NCBI GenBank assembly: GCA_964016885.1
Contig: OZ024741.1
Coordinates: 124,001 to 188,000, forward strand
Direction: 5' to 3'
Length of the DNA: 64,000 bases
Origin: Eledone cirrhosa
Taxonomy: Eukaryota
The notes beneath the pieces were generated by a model, which saw only the letters and a list, made by a program, of their open reading frames with translations, was not told where the DNA came from and searched no databases. Positions 17,501-36,400 of this stretch are shown here, in pieces (the stretch's first letter is position 1; every line of letters begins with the position of its first letter). The translations under genes and the position numbers were made by a program.

Positions 17501-20500
17501 AACAATAACACCAACAACAACAATAACACCAACAACAACAATAACACCAACAACAACAATAACACCAACACCAACAATAACACCAACAACAACAATAACA
17601 CCAACGCCAACAATAACACCAACAACAACAATAACACCAACACCAACAATAACACCAACACCAACAATAACACCAACAACAACAATAACACCAACAACAA
17701 CAATAACATCAACAACAACAATAACGTCAATAACAACAATAACAACAACAATAACACCAACACCAACAATAACACCAACACCAACAATAACACCAACAAC
17801 AACAATAACACCAACAACAACAATAACATCAACAACAACAATAACATCAATAACAACAATAACAACAACAATAACATCAACAACAACAATAACACCAACA
17901 CCAACAATAACACCAACACCAACAATAACACCAACAACAACAATAACATCAACAACAACAATAACATCAACAACAACAATAACATCAATAACAACACCAA
18001 CACCAACAATAACACCAACAACAACAATAAGACCAACACCAACATTAACACCAACAACAACAATAACACCAACAACAACAATAACACCAACAACAACAAT
18101 AACACCAACAACAACAATAACACCAACAATAACACCAACAACAACAATAACATCAACAACAACAATAACACCAACAACAACAATAACACCAACAACAACA
18201 ATAACACCAACAACAACAATAACGCCAACAATAACACCAACAACAACAATAACACCAACACCAACAATAACACCAACAACAACAATAACACCAACAACAA
18301 CAATAACACCAACAACAACAATAACACCAACAACAACAATAACACCAACAATAACACCAACAACAACAATAACATCAACAACAACAATAACACCAACACC
18401 AACAATAACACCAACAACAACAATAACACCAACAATAACACCAACACCAACAATAACACCAACACCTACAATAACACCAACAACAACAATAACACCATAC
18501 CAACAATAACACCAACACCTACAATAACACCAACAACAACAATAACAACAACAACAACAATAACACCAACACCAACAATAACACCAACACCTACAATAAC
18601 ACAAACAATAACACCAACAACAACAATAACATCAACAACAACAATAACACCAACACCAACAATAACATCAACAACAACAATAACATCAACAACAACAATA
18701 ACAACAACAACAATAACATCAACAACAACAATAACACCAACACCAACAATAACACCAACAACAACAATAACACCAACAACAACAATAACATCAACACCAA
18801 CAATAACATCACCACCAACAATAACACCAACAACAACAATAACATCAACAACAACAATAACACCAACACCAACAATAATACCAACAACAACAATAACAAC
18901 AACAACAACAATAACACCAACACCAACAATAACACCAACACCAACAATAACATCAACAACAACAATAACATCAACAACAACAATAACATCAACAACAACA
19001 ATAACATCAACAACAACAACAACACCAAAAATAACACCAACAACAACAATAACACCAACAACAACAATAACACCAACACCAACAATAACACCAACACCAA
19101 CAATAACACCAACAACAACAATAACACCAACACCAACAATAACACCAACAACAACAATAACACCAACAATAACACCAACACCAACAATAACACCAACAAC
19201 AACAATAACACCAACAATAACACCAACAACAACGATAACATCAACAACAACAACAACACCAACAATAACACCAACACGAACAATAACACCAACAACAACA
19301 ATAACACCAACACCAACAATAACACCAACAATAACACCAACAACAACAATAACACCAACACCAACAATAACACCAACAACAACAATAACACCAACACCAA
19401 CAATAACACCAACAACAACAATAACACCAACAATAACACCAACACCAACAATAACACCAACAACAACAATAACACCAACAATAACACCAACAACAACAAT
19501 AACACCAACACCAACAATAACACCAACACCAACAATAACACCAACAACAACAATAACACCAACAACAACAATAACACCAACAACAACAATAACATCAACA
19601 ACAACAATAACACCAACAACAACAATAACACCAACAACAACAATAACACCAACAATAACACCAACAACAACAATAACACCAACACCAACAATAACAGCAA
19701 CACCAACAATAACACCAACAACAACAATAACATCAACACCAACAATAACACCAACACCAACAATAACACCAACACCAACAATAACAGCAACACCAACAAT
19801 AACACCAACAACAACAATAACATCAACACCAACAATAAAACCAACACCTACAATAACACCATCACCAACAATAACACCAACAACAACAATAACACCAACA
19901 ATAACACCAACACCAACAATAACACCAACAATAACACCAACACCAACAACAACAATAACACCAACAACAACAATAACACCAACACCAACAACAACAATAA
20001 CACCAACAACAACAATAACACCAACACCAACAATAACACCAACAACAACAATAACATCAACAACAACAATAACACCAACACCAACAATAACACCAACAAT
20101 AACACCAACACCAACAATAACACCAACACCAACAATAACACCAACACCAACAATAACACCAACAACAATAACATCAACAACAACAATAACATCAACAACA
20201 ACAATAACACCAACACCAACAATAACACCAACAATAATACCAACAACAACAATAACATCAACAACAACAATAACACCAACACCAACAATAACACCAACAA
20301 TAACACCAACAACAACAATAACACCAACACCAACAACAACAATAACACCAACAACAACAATAACACCAACACCAACAACAACAATAACACCAACAACAAC
20401 AATAACACCAACACCAACAATAACACCAACAACAACAATAACATCAACAACAACAATAACACCAACACCAACAATAACACCAACAATAACACCAACACCA

Positions 20501-23500
20501 ACAATAACACCAACACCAACAATAACACCAACACCAACAATAACACCAACAACAATAACATCAACAACAACAATAACATCAACAACAACAATAACATCAA
20601 CAACAACAATAACACCAACAATAACACCAACAACAACAATAACACCAACACCAACAATAACACCAACACCAACAATAACACCAACAACAACAATAACACC
20701 ATCAACAACAATAACACCAACAACAACAATAACACCAACACCAACAATAACACCAACAACAACAATAACACCAACACCAACAATAACACCAACACCAACA
20801 ATAACACCAACAACAACAATAACAACAACAACAACAATAACATCAACAACAACACCAACACCTCCAATAACATCAACAACAACAATAACACCAAAACCAA
20901 CAATAACACCAACAACAACAATAACACCAACAACAACAATAACACCAACAATAACACCAACAACAAAAATAACATCAACAACAACAATAACACCAACACC
21001 AACAATAACACCAACAACAACAATAACATCAACAACAACAATAACACCAACACCAACAATAACACCAACAACAACAATAACATCAACAACAACAATAACA
21101 CCAACAATAACACCAACAACAACAATAACACCAACAACAACAATAACACCAACACCAACAATAACACCAACACCAACAATAACACCAACACCAACAATAA
21201 CACCAACACCAACAATAACACCAACAACAACAATAACACCAACAACAACAATAACACCAACACCAACAATAACACCAACACCAACAATAACACCAACAAC
21301 AACAATAACACCAACAACAACAATAACACCAACAACAACAATAACATCAACAACAACAATAACATTAACGACAACAATAACACCAACAATAACACCAACA
21401 ATAACACCAACAACAACAATAACACCAACACCAACAATAACACCAACACCAACAATAACACCAACAACAACAATAACACCAACAACAACAATAACATCAA
21501 CAACAACAATAACATCAACAACAACAATAACATCAACAACAACACCAACACCAACAATAACACCAACAACAACAATAACACCAACACCAACAATAACACC
21601 AACAACAACAATAACACCAACAATAACACCAACAACAACAATAACACCAACAACAACGATAACACCAACGCCAACAATAACACCAACAATAACACCAACA
21701 ACAACAATAACACCAACACCAGCAATAACACCAACACCAACAATAACACCAACAACAACAATAACACCAACAACAACAATAACATCAACAACAACAATAA
21801 CATCAACAACAACAATAACATCAACAACAACACCAACACCAACAATAACACCAACAACAACAATAACACCAACACCAACAATAACACCAACACCAACAAT
21901 AACACCAACAACAACAATAACACCAACAACAACAATAACACCAACAACAACAATAACACCAACAACAACAATAACATCAACACCAACAATAACACCAACA
22001 ACAACAATAACACCAACACCAACAATAACACCAACAACAACAATAACATCAACACCAACAATAACACCAACAACAACAATAACACCAACAACAACAATAA
22101 CACCAACGCCAACAATAACACCAACAATAACACCAACAACAACAATAACACCAACACCAGCAATAACACCAACACCAACAATAACACCAACAACAACAAT
22201 AACACCAGCAACAACAATAACACCAACAACAACAATAACACCAACACCAACAATAACACCAACAACAACAATAACATCAACAACAACAATAACATCAACA
22301 ACAACAATAACATCAACAACAACACCAACACCAACAATAACACCAACACCAACAATAACACCAACAACAACAATAACACCAACACCAACAATAACACCAA
22401 CAACAACAATAACATCAACACCAACAATAACACCAACAACAACAATAACACCAACAATAACACCAACAATAACACCAACAACAACAATAACACCAACACC
22501 AACAATAACACCAACAATAACACCAACACCAACAATAACACCAACACCAACAATAACACCAACAACAACAATAACACCAACAACAACAATAACACCAACA
22601 CCAACAATAACACCAACACCAACAATAACACCAACAATAACACCAACAACAACAATAACATCAACAACAACAATAACAGCAACACCAACAATAACACCAA
22701 CAACAACAATAACACCAACACCAACAATAACACCAACACCAACAATAACACCAACAATAACACCAACAACAACAATAACATCAACAACAACAATAACAGC
22801 AACACCAACAATAACACCAACAACAACAATAACATCAACACCAACAATAACACCAACACCAACAATAACACCAACAATAACACCAACACCAACAATAACA
22901 CCAACAACAACAATAACACCAACAACAACAATAACACCAACAACAACAATAACACCAACACCAACAATAACACCAACAACAACAATAACACCAACGCCAA
23001 CAATAACACCAACAACAACAATAACACCAACACCAACAATAACACCAACACCAACAATAACACCAACAACAACAATAACACCAACAACAACAATAACATC
23101 AACAACAACAATAACACCAACACCAACAATAACACCAACAACAACAATAACATCAACAACAACAATAACACCAACACCAACAATAACACCAACAACAACA
23201 ATAACATCAACAACAACAATAACACCAACAATAACACCAACAACAACAATAACACCAACAACAACAATAACACCAACACCAACAATAACACCAACACCAA
23301 CAATAACACCAACACCAACAATAACACCAACACCAACAATAACACCAACAACAACAATAACACCAACAACAACAATAACACCAACACCAACAATAACACC
23401 AACACCAACAATAACACCAACAACAACAATAACACCAACAACAACAATAACACCAACAACAACAATAACATCAACAACAACAATAACATTAACGACAACA

Positions 23501-26500
23501 ATAACACCAACAATAACACCAACAATAACACCAACAACAACAATAACACCAACACCAACAATAACACCAACACCAACAATAACACCAACAACAACAATAA
23601 CACCAACAACAACAATAACATCAACAACAACAATAACATCAACAACAACAATAACATCAACAACAACACCAACACCAACAATAACACCAACAACAACAAT
23701 AACACCAACACCAACAATAACACCAACAACAACAATAACACCAACAATAACACCAACAACAACAATAACACCAACAACAACGATAACACCAACGCCAACA
23801 ATAACACCAACAATAACACCAACAACAACAATAACACCAACACCAGCAATAACACCAACACCAACAATAACACCAACAACAACAATAACACCAACAACAA
23901 CAATAACATCAACAACAACAATAACATCAACAACAACAATAACATCAACAACAACACCAACACCAACAATAACACCAACAACAACAATAACACCAACACC
24001 AACAATAACACCAACACCAACAATAACACCAACAACAACAATAACACCAACAACAACAATAACACCAACAACAACAATAACACCAACAACAACAATAACA
24101 TCAACACCAACAATAACACCAACAACAACAATAACACCAACACCAACAATAACACCAACAACAACAATAACATCAACACCAACAATAACACCAACAACAA
24201 CAATAACACCAACAACAACAATAACACCAACGCCAACAATAACACCAACAATAACACCAACAACAACAATAACACCAACACCAGCAATAACACCAACACC
24301 AACAATAACACCAACAACAACAATAACACCAGCAACAACAATAACACCAACAACAACAATAACACCAACACCAACAATAACACCAACAACAACAATAACA
24401 TCAACAACAACAATAACATCAACAACAACAATAACATCAAAAACAACACCAACACCAACAATAACACCAACACCAACAATAACACCAACAACAACAATAA
24501 CACCAACACCAACAATAACACCAACAACAACAATAACATCAACACCAACAATAACACCAACAACAACAATAACACCAACAATAACACCAACAATAACACC
24601 AACAACAACAATAACACCAACACCAACAATAACACCAACAATAACACCAACACCAACAATAACACCAACACCAACAATAACACCAACAACAACAATAACA
24701 CCAACAACAACAATAACACCAACACCAACAATAACACCAACACCAACAATAACACCAACAATAACACCAACAACAACAATAACATCAACAACAACAATAA
24801 CAGCAACACCAACAATAACACCAACAACAACAATAACACCAACACCAACAATAACACCAACACCAACAATAACACCAACAATAACACCAACAACAACAAT
24901 AACATCAACAACAACAATAACAGCAACACCAACAATAACACCAACAACAACAATAACATCAACACCAACAATAACACCAACACCAACAATAACACCAACA
25001 ATAACACCAACACCAACAATAACACCAACAACAACAATAACACCAACAACAACAATAACACCAACAACAACAATAACACCAACACCAACAATAACACCAA
25101 CAACAACAATAACACCAACGCCAACAATAACACCAACAACAACAATAACACCAACACCAACAATAACACCAACACCAACAATAACACCAACAACAACAAT
25201 AACACCAACAACAACAATAACATCAACAACAACAATAACGTCAATAACAACAATAACAACAACAATAACACCAACACCAACAATAACACCAACACCAACA
25301 ATAACACCAACAACAACAATAACACCAACAACAACAATAACATCAACAACAACAATAACATCAATAACAACAATAACAACAACAATAACATCAACAACAA
25401 CAATAACACCAACACCAACAATAACACCAACACCAACAATAACACCAACAACAACAATAACATCAACAACAACAATAACATCAACAACAACAATAACATC
25501 AACAACAACAATAACATCAATAACAACACCAACACCAACAATAACACCAACAACAACAATAACACCAACACCAACATTAACACCAACAACAACAATAACA
25601 CCAACGACAACAATAACACCAACAACAACAATAACACCAACAACAACAATAACACCAACAATAACACCAACAACAACAATAACATCAACAACAACAATAA
25701 CACCAACACCAACAATAACACCAACAACAACAATAACATCAACTACAACAATAACACCAACACCAACACCAACACCAACAATAACACCAACAACAACAAT
25801 AACACCAACAACAACAATAACACCAACAACAACAATAACACCAACAACAACAATAACGCCAACAATAACACCAACAACAACAATAACATCAACAACAACA
25901 ATAACACCAACACCAACAATAACACCAACAACAACAATAACACCAACAACAACAATAACACCAACAACAACAATAACACCAACAACAACAATAACACCAA
26001 CAATAACACCAACAACAACAATAACATCAACAACAACAATAACACCAACACCAACAATAACACCAACAACAACAATAACACCAACAATAACACCAACACC
26101 AACAATAACACCAACACCTACAATAACACCAACAACAACAATAACACCAACACCAACAATAACACCAACACCTACAATAACACCAACAACAACAATAACA
26201 ACAACAACAACAATAACACCAACACCAACAATAACACCAACACCTACAATAACACAAACAATAACACCAACAACAACAATAACATCAACAACAACAATAA
26301 CACCAACACCAACAATAACATCAACAACAACAATAACATCAACAACAACAATAACATCAACAACAACAATAACATCAACAACAACAATAACACCAACACC
26401 AACAATAACACCAACAACAACAATAACACCAACAACAACAATAACATCAACACCAACAATAACATCAACACCAACAATAACACCAACAACAACAATAACA

Positions 26501-29500
26501 TCAACAACAACAATAACACCAACACCAACAATAACACCAACAACAACAATAACAACAACAACAACAATAACACCAACACCAACAATAACACCAACACCAA
26601 CAATAACATCAACAACAACAATAACATCAACAACAACAATAACATCAACAACAACAATAACATCAACAACAACAACAACACCAAAAATAACACCAACAAC
26701 AACAATAACACCAACAACAACAATAACACCAACACCAACAATAACACCAACACCAACAATAACACCAACAACAACAATAACACCAACACCAACAATAACA
26801 CCAACAACAACAATAACACCAACAATAACACCAACAACAACAATAACACCAACAATAACACCAACAACAACGATAACATCAACAACAACAACAACACCAA
26901 CAATAACACCAACACCAACAATAACACCAACAACAACAATAACACCAACACCAACAATAACACCAACAATAACACCAACAACAACAATAACACCAACACC
27001 AACAATAACACCAACAACAACAATAACACCAACACCAACAATAACACCAACAACAACAATAACACCAACAATAACACCAACACCAACAATAACACCAACA
27101 ACAACAATAACACCAACAATAACACCAACAACAACAATAACACCAACACCAACAATAACACCAACAATAACACCAACAACAACAATAACATCAACAATAA
27201 CACCAACACCAACAATAACACCAACACCAACAATAACACCAACAACAACAATAACACCAACACCAACAATAACACCAACAACAACAATAACACCAACAAT
27301 AACACCAACAACAACAATAACATCAACAACAACAATAACACCAACACCAACAATAACACCAACAATAACACCAACACCAACAATAACATCAACAACAACA
27401 ATAACACCAACAACAACAATAACACCAACAACAATAACACCAACACCAACAATAACATCAACAACAACAATAACACCAACACCAACAATAACACCAACAA
27501 CAACAATAACACCAACAACAACAATAACATCAACAACAACAATAACACCAACACCAACAACAACACCAACAACAACAATAACATCAACAACAACAATAAC
27601 ACGAACACCAACAATAACACCAACAACAACAATAACACCAACAACAACAATAACACCAACACCAACAATAACACCAGCACCAACAATAACACCAACAATA
27701 ACACCAACACCAACAATAACACCAACACCAACAATAACACCAACAACAACAATAACACCAACAACAACAATAACACCAACAACAACAATAACATCAACAA
27801 CAACAATAACATCAACAACAACAATAACACCAACAATAACACCAACAACAACAATAACACCAACACCAACAATAACGCCAACACCAACAATAACACCAAC
27901 AACAACAATAACACCAACACCAACAATAACACCAACACCAACAATAACACCAACACCAACAATAACACCAACAACAACAATAACACCAACAACAACAATA
28001 ACACCAACACCAACAATAACACCAACACCAACAATAACACCAACACCAACAATAACACCAACAACAACAATAACACCAACACCAACAATAACACCAACAC
28101 CAACAATAACACCAACACCAACAATAACACCAACAACAACAATAACATCAACAACAACACCAACACCTCCAATAACACCAACAACAACAATAACACCAAC
28201 ACCAACAATAACACCAACAACAACAATAACACCAATAACAACAATAACACCAACAACAACAATAACACCAACAACAACAATAACACCAACAATAATACCA
28301 ACAACAACAATAACATCAACAACAACAATAACACCAACACCAACAATAACACCAACAACAACAATAACATCAACAACAACAATAACACCAACACCAACAA
28401 TAACACCAACACCAACAATAACACCAACAACAACAATAACACCAACAACAACAATAACACCAACACCAACAATAACACTAACACCAACAATAACACCAAC
28501 AATAACACCAACACCAACAATAACACCAACAACAATAACACCAACAACAACAATAACACCAACAACAACACTAACACCAACAACAACAATAACATCAACA
28601 ACAACAATAACATCAACAACAACAATAACACCAACAATAACACCAACACCAACAATAACACTAACAACAACAATAACACCAACACCAACAATAATACCAA
28701 CAACAACAATAACACCAACACCAACAATAACACCAACGCCAACAATAACACCAACAACAACAATAACACCATCACCAACAATAACACCAGCACCAACAAT
28801 AACACCAACACCAACAATAACACCAACAACAACAATAACACCAACAACAACAATAACACCAACAACAACAATAACACCAACACCAACAATAACACCAACA
28901 ACAACAATAACACCAACACCAACAATAACACCAACAACAACAATAACACCAACAACAACAATAACATCAACAACAATAATAACATCAACAACAACAATAA
29001 CATCAACAACAACACCAACACCAACAATAACACCAACAACAACAATAACACCAACACCAACAATAACACCAACACCAACAATAACACCAACAACAACAAT
29101 AACACCAACAACAACAATAACACCAACAACAACAATAACATCAACAACAACAATAACACCAACAATAACACCAACACCAACAATAACACCAACAACAACA
29201 ATAACACCAACACCAACAATAACACCAACAACAACAATAACATCAACACCAACAATAACACCAATAACAACAATAACACCAACACCAACAATAAAACCAA
29301 CGCCAACAATAACACCACCAACAACAATAACACCAACACCAACAATAACACCAACACCAACAATAACACCAACAACAACAATAACACCAACACCAACAAT
29401 AACACCAACAACAACAATAACACCAACACCAACAATAACACCAATAACAACAATAACACCAACACCAACAATAACACCAACGCCAACAATAACACCAACA

Positions 29501-30400
29501 ACAACAATAACACCAACACCAACAATAACACCAATAACAACAATAACACCAACACCAACAATAACACCAACACCAACAATAACACCAACAACAACAATAA
29601 CACCAACAACAACAATAACATCAACAACAACACCAACAACAACAATAACACCAACAACAACAATAACACCAACGCCAACAATAACACCAACAACAACAAT
29701 AACACTAACACCAACAATAAGACCAACAACAACAATAACACCAACACCAACAATAACACCAACAACAACAATAACACCAACAACAACAATAACATCAACA
29801 ACAACAATAACACCAACAATAACACCAACACCAAAAATAACACCAAAAACAACAATAACACCAACACCAACAATAACACCAACAACAACAATAACACCAA
29901 CACCAACAATAACACCAACAACCACAATAACACCAACACCAACAATAACACCAACACCAACAATAACACCAACAACAACAATAACACCAACACCAACAAT
30001 AACACCAACAACAACAATAACACCAACACCAACAATAACACCAACACCAACAATAACACCAACAACAACAATAACACCAACACCAACAATAACACCAACA
30101 ACAACAATAACACCAACACCAACAATAACACCAATAACAACAATAACACCAACACCAACAATAACACCAACGCCAACAATAACACCAACAACAACAATAA
30201 CACCAACACCAACAATAACACCAACACCAACAATAACACCAACAACAACAATAACACCAACAACAACAATAACACCAACACCAACAATAACACCAACACC
30301 AACAATAACACCAACAGCAACAATAACACCAACAACAACAATAACACCAACAACAACAATAACATCAACAACAACAATAACATCAACAACAACAATAACA
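12950..30400. repeat. Copy 1 of a very large tandemly duplicated block (~17.45 kb; approximate limits)
   Basis: Markers recur at offsets 17,453 (GCA G 13014/30467), 17,471 (13976/31447; 16232/33703) and 17,507 (CCATACCA T 18498/36005; 21370/38877). The ORF track has identical 418-aa ORFs at 18591 and 36098. Confidence 0.88.
20980..25230. repeat. 2,124-bp tandem duplication private to block copy 1 (approximate limits)
   Basis: Marker G bases at 21370/23494, 21658/23782 and 22996/25120 are all offset by exactly 2,124. Confidence 0.88.
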
Positions 30401-33400
30401 CCAACACCAACAATAACACCAACAATAACACCAACAACAACAATAACATCAACAACAACAATAACAGCAACACCAACAATAACACCAACAACAACAATAA
30501 CACCAACACCAACAATAACACCAACACCAACAATAACACCAACAATAACACCAACAACAACAATAACATCAACAACAACAATAACAGCAACACCAACAAT
30601 AACACCAACAACAACAATAACATCAACACCAACAATAACACCAACACCAACAATAACACCAACAATAACACCAACACCAACAATAACACCAACAACAACA
30701 ATAACACCAACAACAACAATAACACCAACACCAACAATAACACCAACACCAACAATAACACCAACAACAACAATAACACCATCAACAACAATAACACCAA
30801 CAACAACAATAACACCAACACCAACAATAACACCAACAACAACAATAACACCAACACCAACAATAACACCAACACCAACAATAACACCAACAACAACAAT
30901 AACAACAACAACAACAATAACATCAACAACAACACCAACAACTCCAATAACATCAACAACAACAACACCAAAACCAACAATAACACCAACAACAACAATA
31001 ACACCAACAACAACAATAACACCAACAATAACACCAACAACAAAAATAACATCAACAACAACAATAACACCAACACCAACAATAACACCAACAACAACAA
31101 TAACATCAACAACAACAATAACACCAACACCAACAATAACACCAACAACAACAATAACATCAACAACAACAATAACACCAACAATAACACCAACAACAAC
31201 AATAACACCAACAACAACAATAACACCAACACCAACAATAACACCAACACCAACAATAACACCAACACCAACAATAACACCAACACCAACAATAACACCA
31301 ACAACAACAATAACACCAACAACAACAATAACACCAACACCAACAATAACACCAACACCAACAATAACACCAACAACAACAATAACACCAACAACAACAA
31401 TAACACCAACAACAACAATAACATCAACAACAACAATAACATTAACGACAACAATAACACCAACAATAACACCAACAATAACACCAACAACAACAATAAC
31501 ACCAACACCAACAATAACACCAACACCAACAATAACACCAACAACAACAATAACACCAACAACAACAATAACACCAACAACAACAATAACATCAACAACA
31601 ACAATAACATTAACGACAACAATAACACCAACAATAACACCAACAATAACACCAACAACAACAATAACACCAACACCAACAATAACACCAACACCAACAA
31701 TAACACCAACAACAACAATAACACCAACAACAACAATAACATCAACAACAACAATAACATCAACAACAACAATAACATCAACAACAACACCAACACCAAC
31801 AATAACACCAACAACAACAATAACACCAACACCAACAATAACACCAACAACAACAATAACACCAACAATAACACCAACAACAACAATAACACCAACAACA
31901 ACAATAACACCAACGCCAACAATAACACCAACAATAACACCAACAACAACAATAACACCAACACCAGCAATAACACCAACACCAACAATAACACCAACAA
32001 CAACAATAACACCAACAACAACAATAACATCAACAACAACAATAACATCAACAACAACAATAACATCAACAACAACACCAACACCAACAATAACACCAAC
32101 AACAACAATAACACCAACACCAACAATAACACCAACACCAACAATAACACCAACAACAACAATAACACCAACAACAACAATAACACCAACAACAACAATA
32201 ACATCAACACCAACAATAACACCAACAACAACACCAACACCAACAATAACACCAACAACAACAATAACACCAACACCAACAATAACACCAACAACAACAA
32301 TAACATCAACAACAACAATAACATCAACAACAACAATAACATCAACAACAACACCAACACCAACAATAACACCAACACCAACAATAACACCAACAACAAC
32401 AATAACACCAACACCAACAATAACACCAACAACAACAATAACATCAACACCAACAATAACACCAACAACAACAATAACACCAACAATAACACCAACAATA
32501 ACACCAACAATAACACCAACAACAACAATAACACCAACACCAACAATAACACCAACAATAACACCAACACCAACAATAACACCAACACCAACAATAACAC
32601 CAACAACAACAATAACACCAACAACAACAATAACACCAACACCAACAATAACACCAACACCAACAATAACACCAACAATAACACCAACAACAACAATAAC
32701 ATCAACAACAACAATAACAGCAACACCAACAATAACACCAACAACAACAATAACACCAACACCAACAATAACACCAACACCAACAATAACACCAACAATA
32801 ACACCAACAACAACAATAACATCAACAACAACAATAACAGCAACACCAACAATAACACCAACAACAACAATAACATCAACACCAACAATAACACCAACAC
32901 CAACAATAACACCAACAATAACACCAACACCAACAATAACACCAACAACAACAATAACACCAACAACAACAATAACACCAACACCAACAATAACACCAAC
33001 ACCAACAATAACACCAACAACAACAATAACACCATCAACAACAATAACACCAACAACAACAATAACACCAACACCAACAATAACACCAACAACAACAATA
33101 ACACCAACACCAACAATAACACCAACACCAACAATAACACCAACAACAACAATAACAACAACAACAACAATAACATCAACAACAACACCAACACCTCCAA
33201 TAACATCAACAACAACAATAACACCAAAACCAACAATAACACCAACAACAACAATAACACCAACAACAACAATAACACCAACAATAACACCAACAACAAA
33301 AATAACATCAACAACAACAATAACACCAACACCAACAATAACACCAACAACAACAATAACATCAACAACAACAATAACACCAACACCAACAATAACACCA

Positions 33401-36400
33401 ACAACAACAATAACATCAACAACAACAATAACACCAACAATAACACCAACAACAACAATAACACCAACAACAACAATAACACCAACACCAACAATAACAC
33501 CAACACCAACAATAACACCAACACCAACAATAACACCAACACCAACAATAACACCAACAACAACAATAACACCAACAACAACAATAACACCAACACCAAC
33601 AATAACACCAACACCAACAATAACACCAACAACAACAATAACACCAACAACAACAATAACACCAACAATAACAATAACATCAACAACAACAATAACATTA
33701 ACGACAACAATAACACCAACAATAACACCAACAATAACACCAACAACAACAATAACACCAACACCAACAATAACACCAACACCAACAATAACACCAACAA
33801 CAACAATAACACCAACAACAACAATAACATCAACAACAACAATAACATCAACAACAACAATAACATCAACAACAACACCAACACCAACAATAACACCAAC
33901 AACAACAATAACACCAACACCAACAATAACACCAACAACAACAATAACACCAACAATAACACCAACAACAACAATAACACCAACAACAACAATAACACCA
34001 ACGCCAACAATAACACCAACAATAACACCAACAACAACAATAACACCAACACCAGCAATAACACCAACACCAACAATAACACCAACAACAACAATAACAC
34101 CAACAACAACAATAACATCAACAACAACAATAACATCAACAACAACAATAACATCAACAACAACACCAACACCAACAATAACACCAACAACAACAATAAC
34201 ACCAACACCAACAATAACACCAACACCAACAATAACACCAACAACAACAATAACACCAACAACAACAATAACACCAACAACAACAATAACATCAACACCA
34301 ACAATAACACCAACAACAACACCAACACCAACAATAACACCAACAACAACAATAACACCAACACCAACAATAACACCAACAACAACAATAACATCAACAA
34401 CAACAATAACATCAACAACAACAATAACATCAACAACAACACCAACACCAACAATAACACCAACACCAACAATAACACCAACAACAACAATAACACCAAC
34501 ACCAACAATAACACCAACAACAACAATAACATCAACACCAACAATAACACCAACAACAACAATAACACCAACAATAACACCAACAATAACACCAACAACA
34601 ACAATAACACCAACACCAACAATAACACCAACAATAACACCAACACCAACAATAACACCAACACCAACAATAACACCAACAACAACAATAACACCAACAA
34701 CAACAATAACACCAACACCAACAATAACACCAACACCAACAATAACACCAACAATAACACCAACAACAACAATAACATCAACAACAACAATAACAGCAAC
34801 ACCAACAATAACACCAACTACAACAATAACACCAACACCAACAATAACACCAACACCAACAATAACACCAACAATAACACCAACAACAACAATAACATCA
34901 ACAACAACAATAACAGCAACACCAACAATAACACCAACAACAACAATAACATCAACACCAACAATAACACCAACACCAACAATAACACCAACAATAACAC
35001 CAACACCAACAATAACACCAACAACAACAATAACACCAACAACAACAATAACACCAACAACAACAATAACACCAACACCAACAATAACACCAACAACAAC
35101 AATAACACCAACGCCAACAATAACACCAACAACAACAATAACACCAACACCAACAATAACACCAACACCAACAATAACACCAACAACAACAATAACACCA
35201 ACAACAACAATAACATCAACAACAACAATAACGTCAATAACAACAATAACAACAACAATAACACCAACACCAACAATAACACCAACACCAACAATAACAC
35301 CAACAACAACAATAACACCAACAACAACAATAACATCAACAACAACAATAACATCAATAACAACAATAACAACAACAATAACATCAACAACAACAATAAC
35401 ACCAACACCAACAATAACACCAACACCAACAATAACACCAACAACAACAATAACATCAACAACAACAATAACATCAACAACAACAATAACATCAATAACA
35501 ACACCAACACCAACAATAACACCAACAACAACAATAAGACCAACACCAACATTAACACCAACAACAACAATAACACCAACAACAACAATAACACCAACAA
35601 CAACAATAACACCAACAACAACAATAACACCAACAATAACACCAACAACAACAATAACATCAACAACAACAATAACACCAACAACAACAATAACACCAAC
35701 AACAACAATAACACCAACAACAACAATAACGCCAACAATAACACCAACAACAACAATAACACCAACACCAACAATAACACCAACAACAACAATAACACCA
35801 ACAACAACAATAACACCAACAACAACAATACCACCAACAACAACAATAACACCAACAATAACACCAACAACAACAATAACATCAACAACAACAATAACAC
35901 CAACACCAACAATAACACCAACAACAACAATAACACCAACAATAACACCAACACCAACAATAACACCAACACCTACAATAACACCAACAACAACAATAAC
36001 ACCATACCAACAATAACACCAACACCTACAATAACACCAACAACAACAATAACAACAACAACAACAATAACACCAACACCAACAATAACACCAACACCTA
36101 CAATAACACAAACAATAACACCAACAACAACAATAACATCAACAACAACAATAACACCAACACCAACAATAACATCAACAACAACAATAACATCAACAAC
36201 AACAATAACAACAACAACAATAACATCAACAACAACAATAACACCAACACCAACAATAACACCAACAACAACAATAACACCAACAACAACAATAACATCA
36301 ACACCAACAATAACATCACCACCAACAATAACACCAACAACAACAATAACATCAACAACAACAATAACACCAACACCAACAATAATACCAACAACAACAA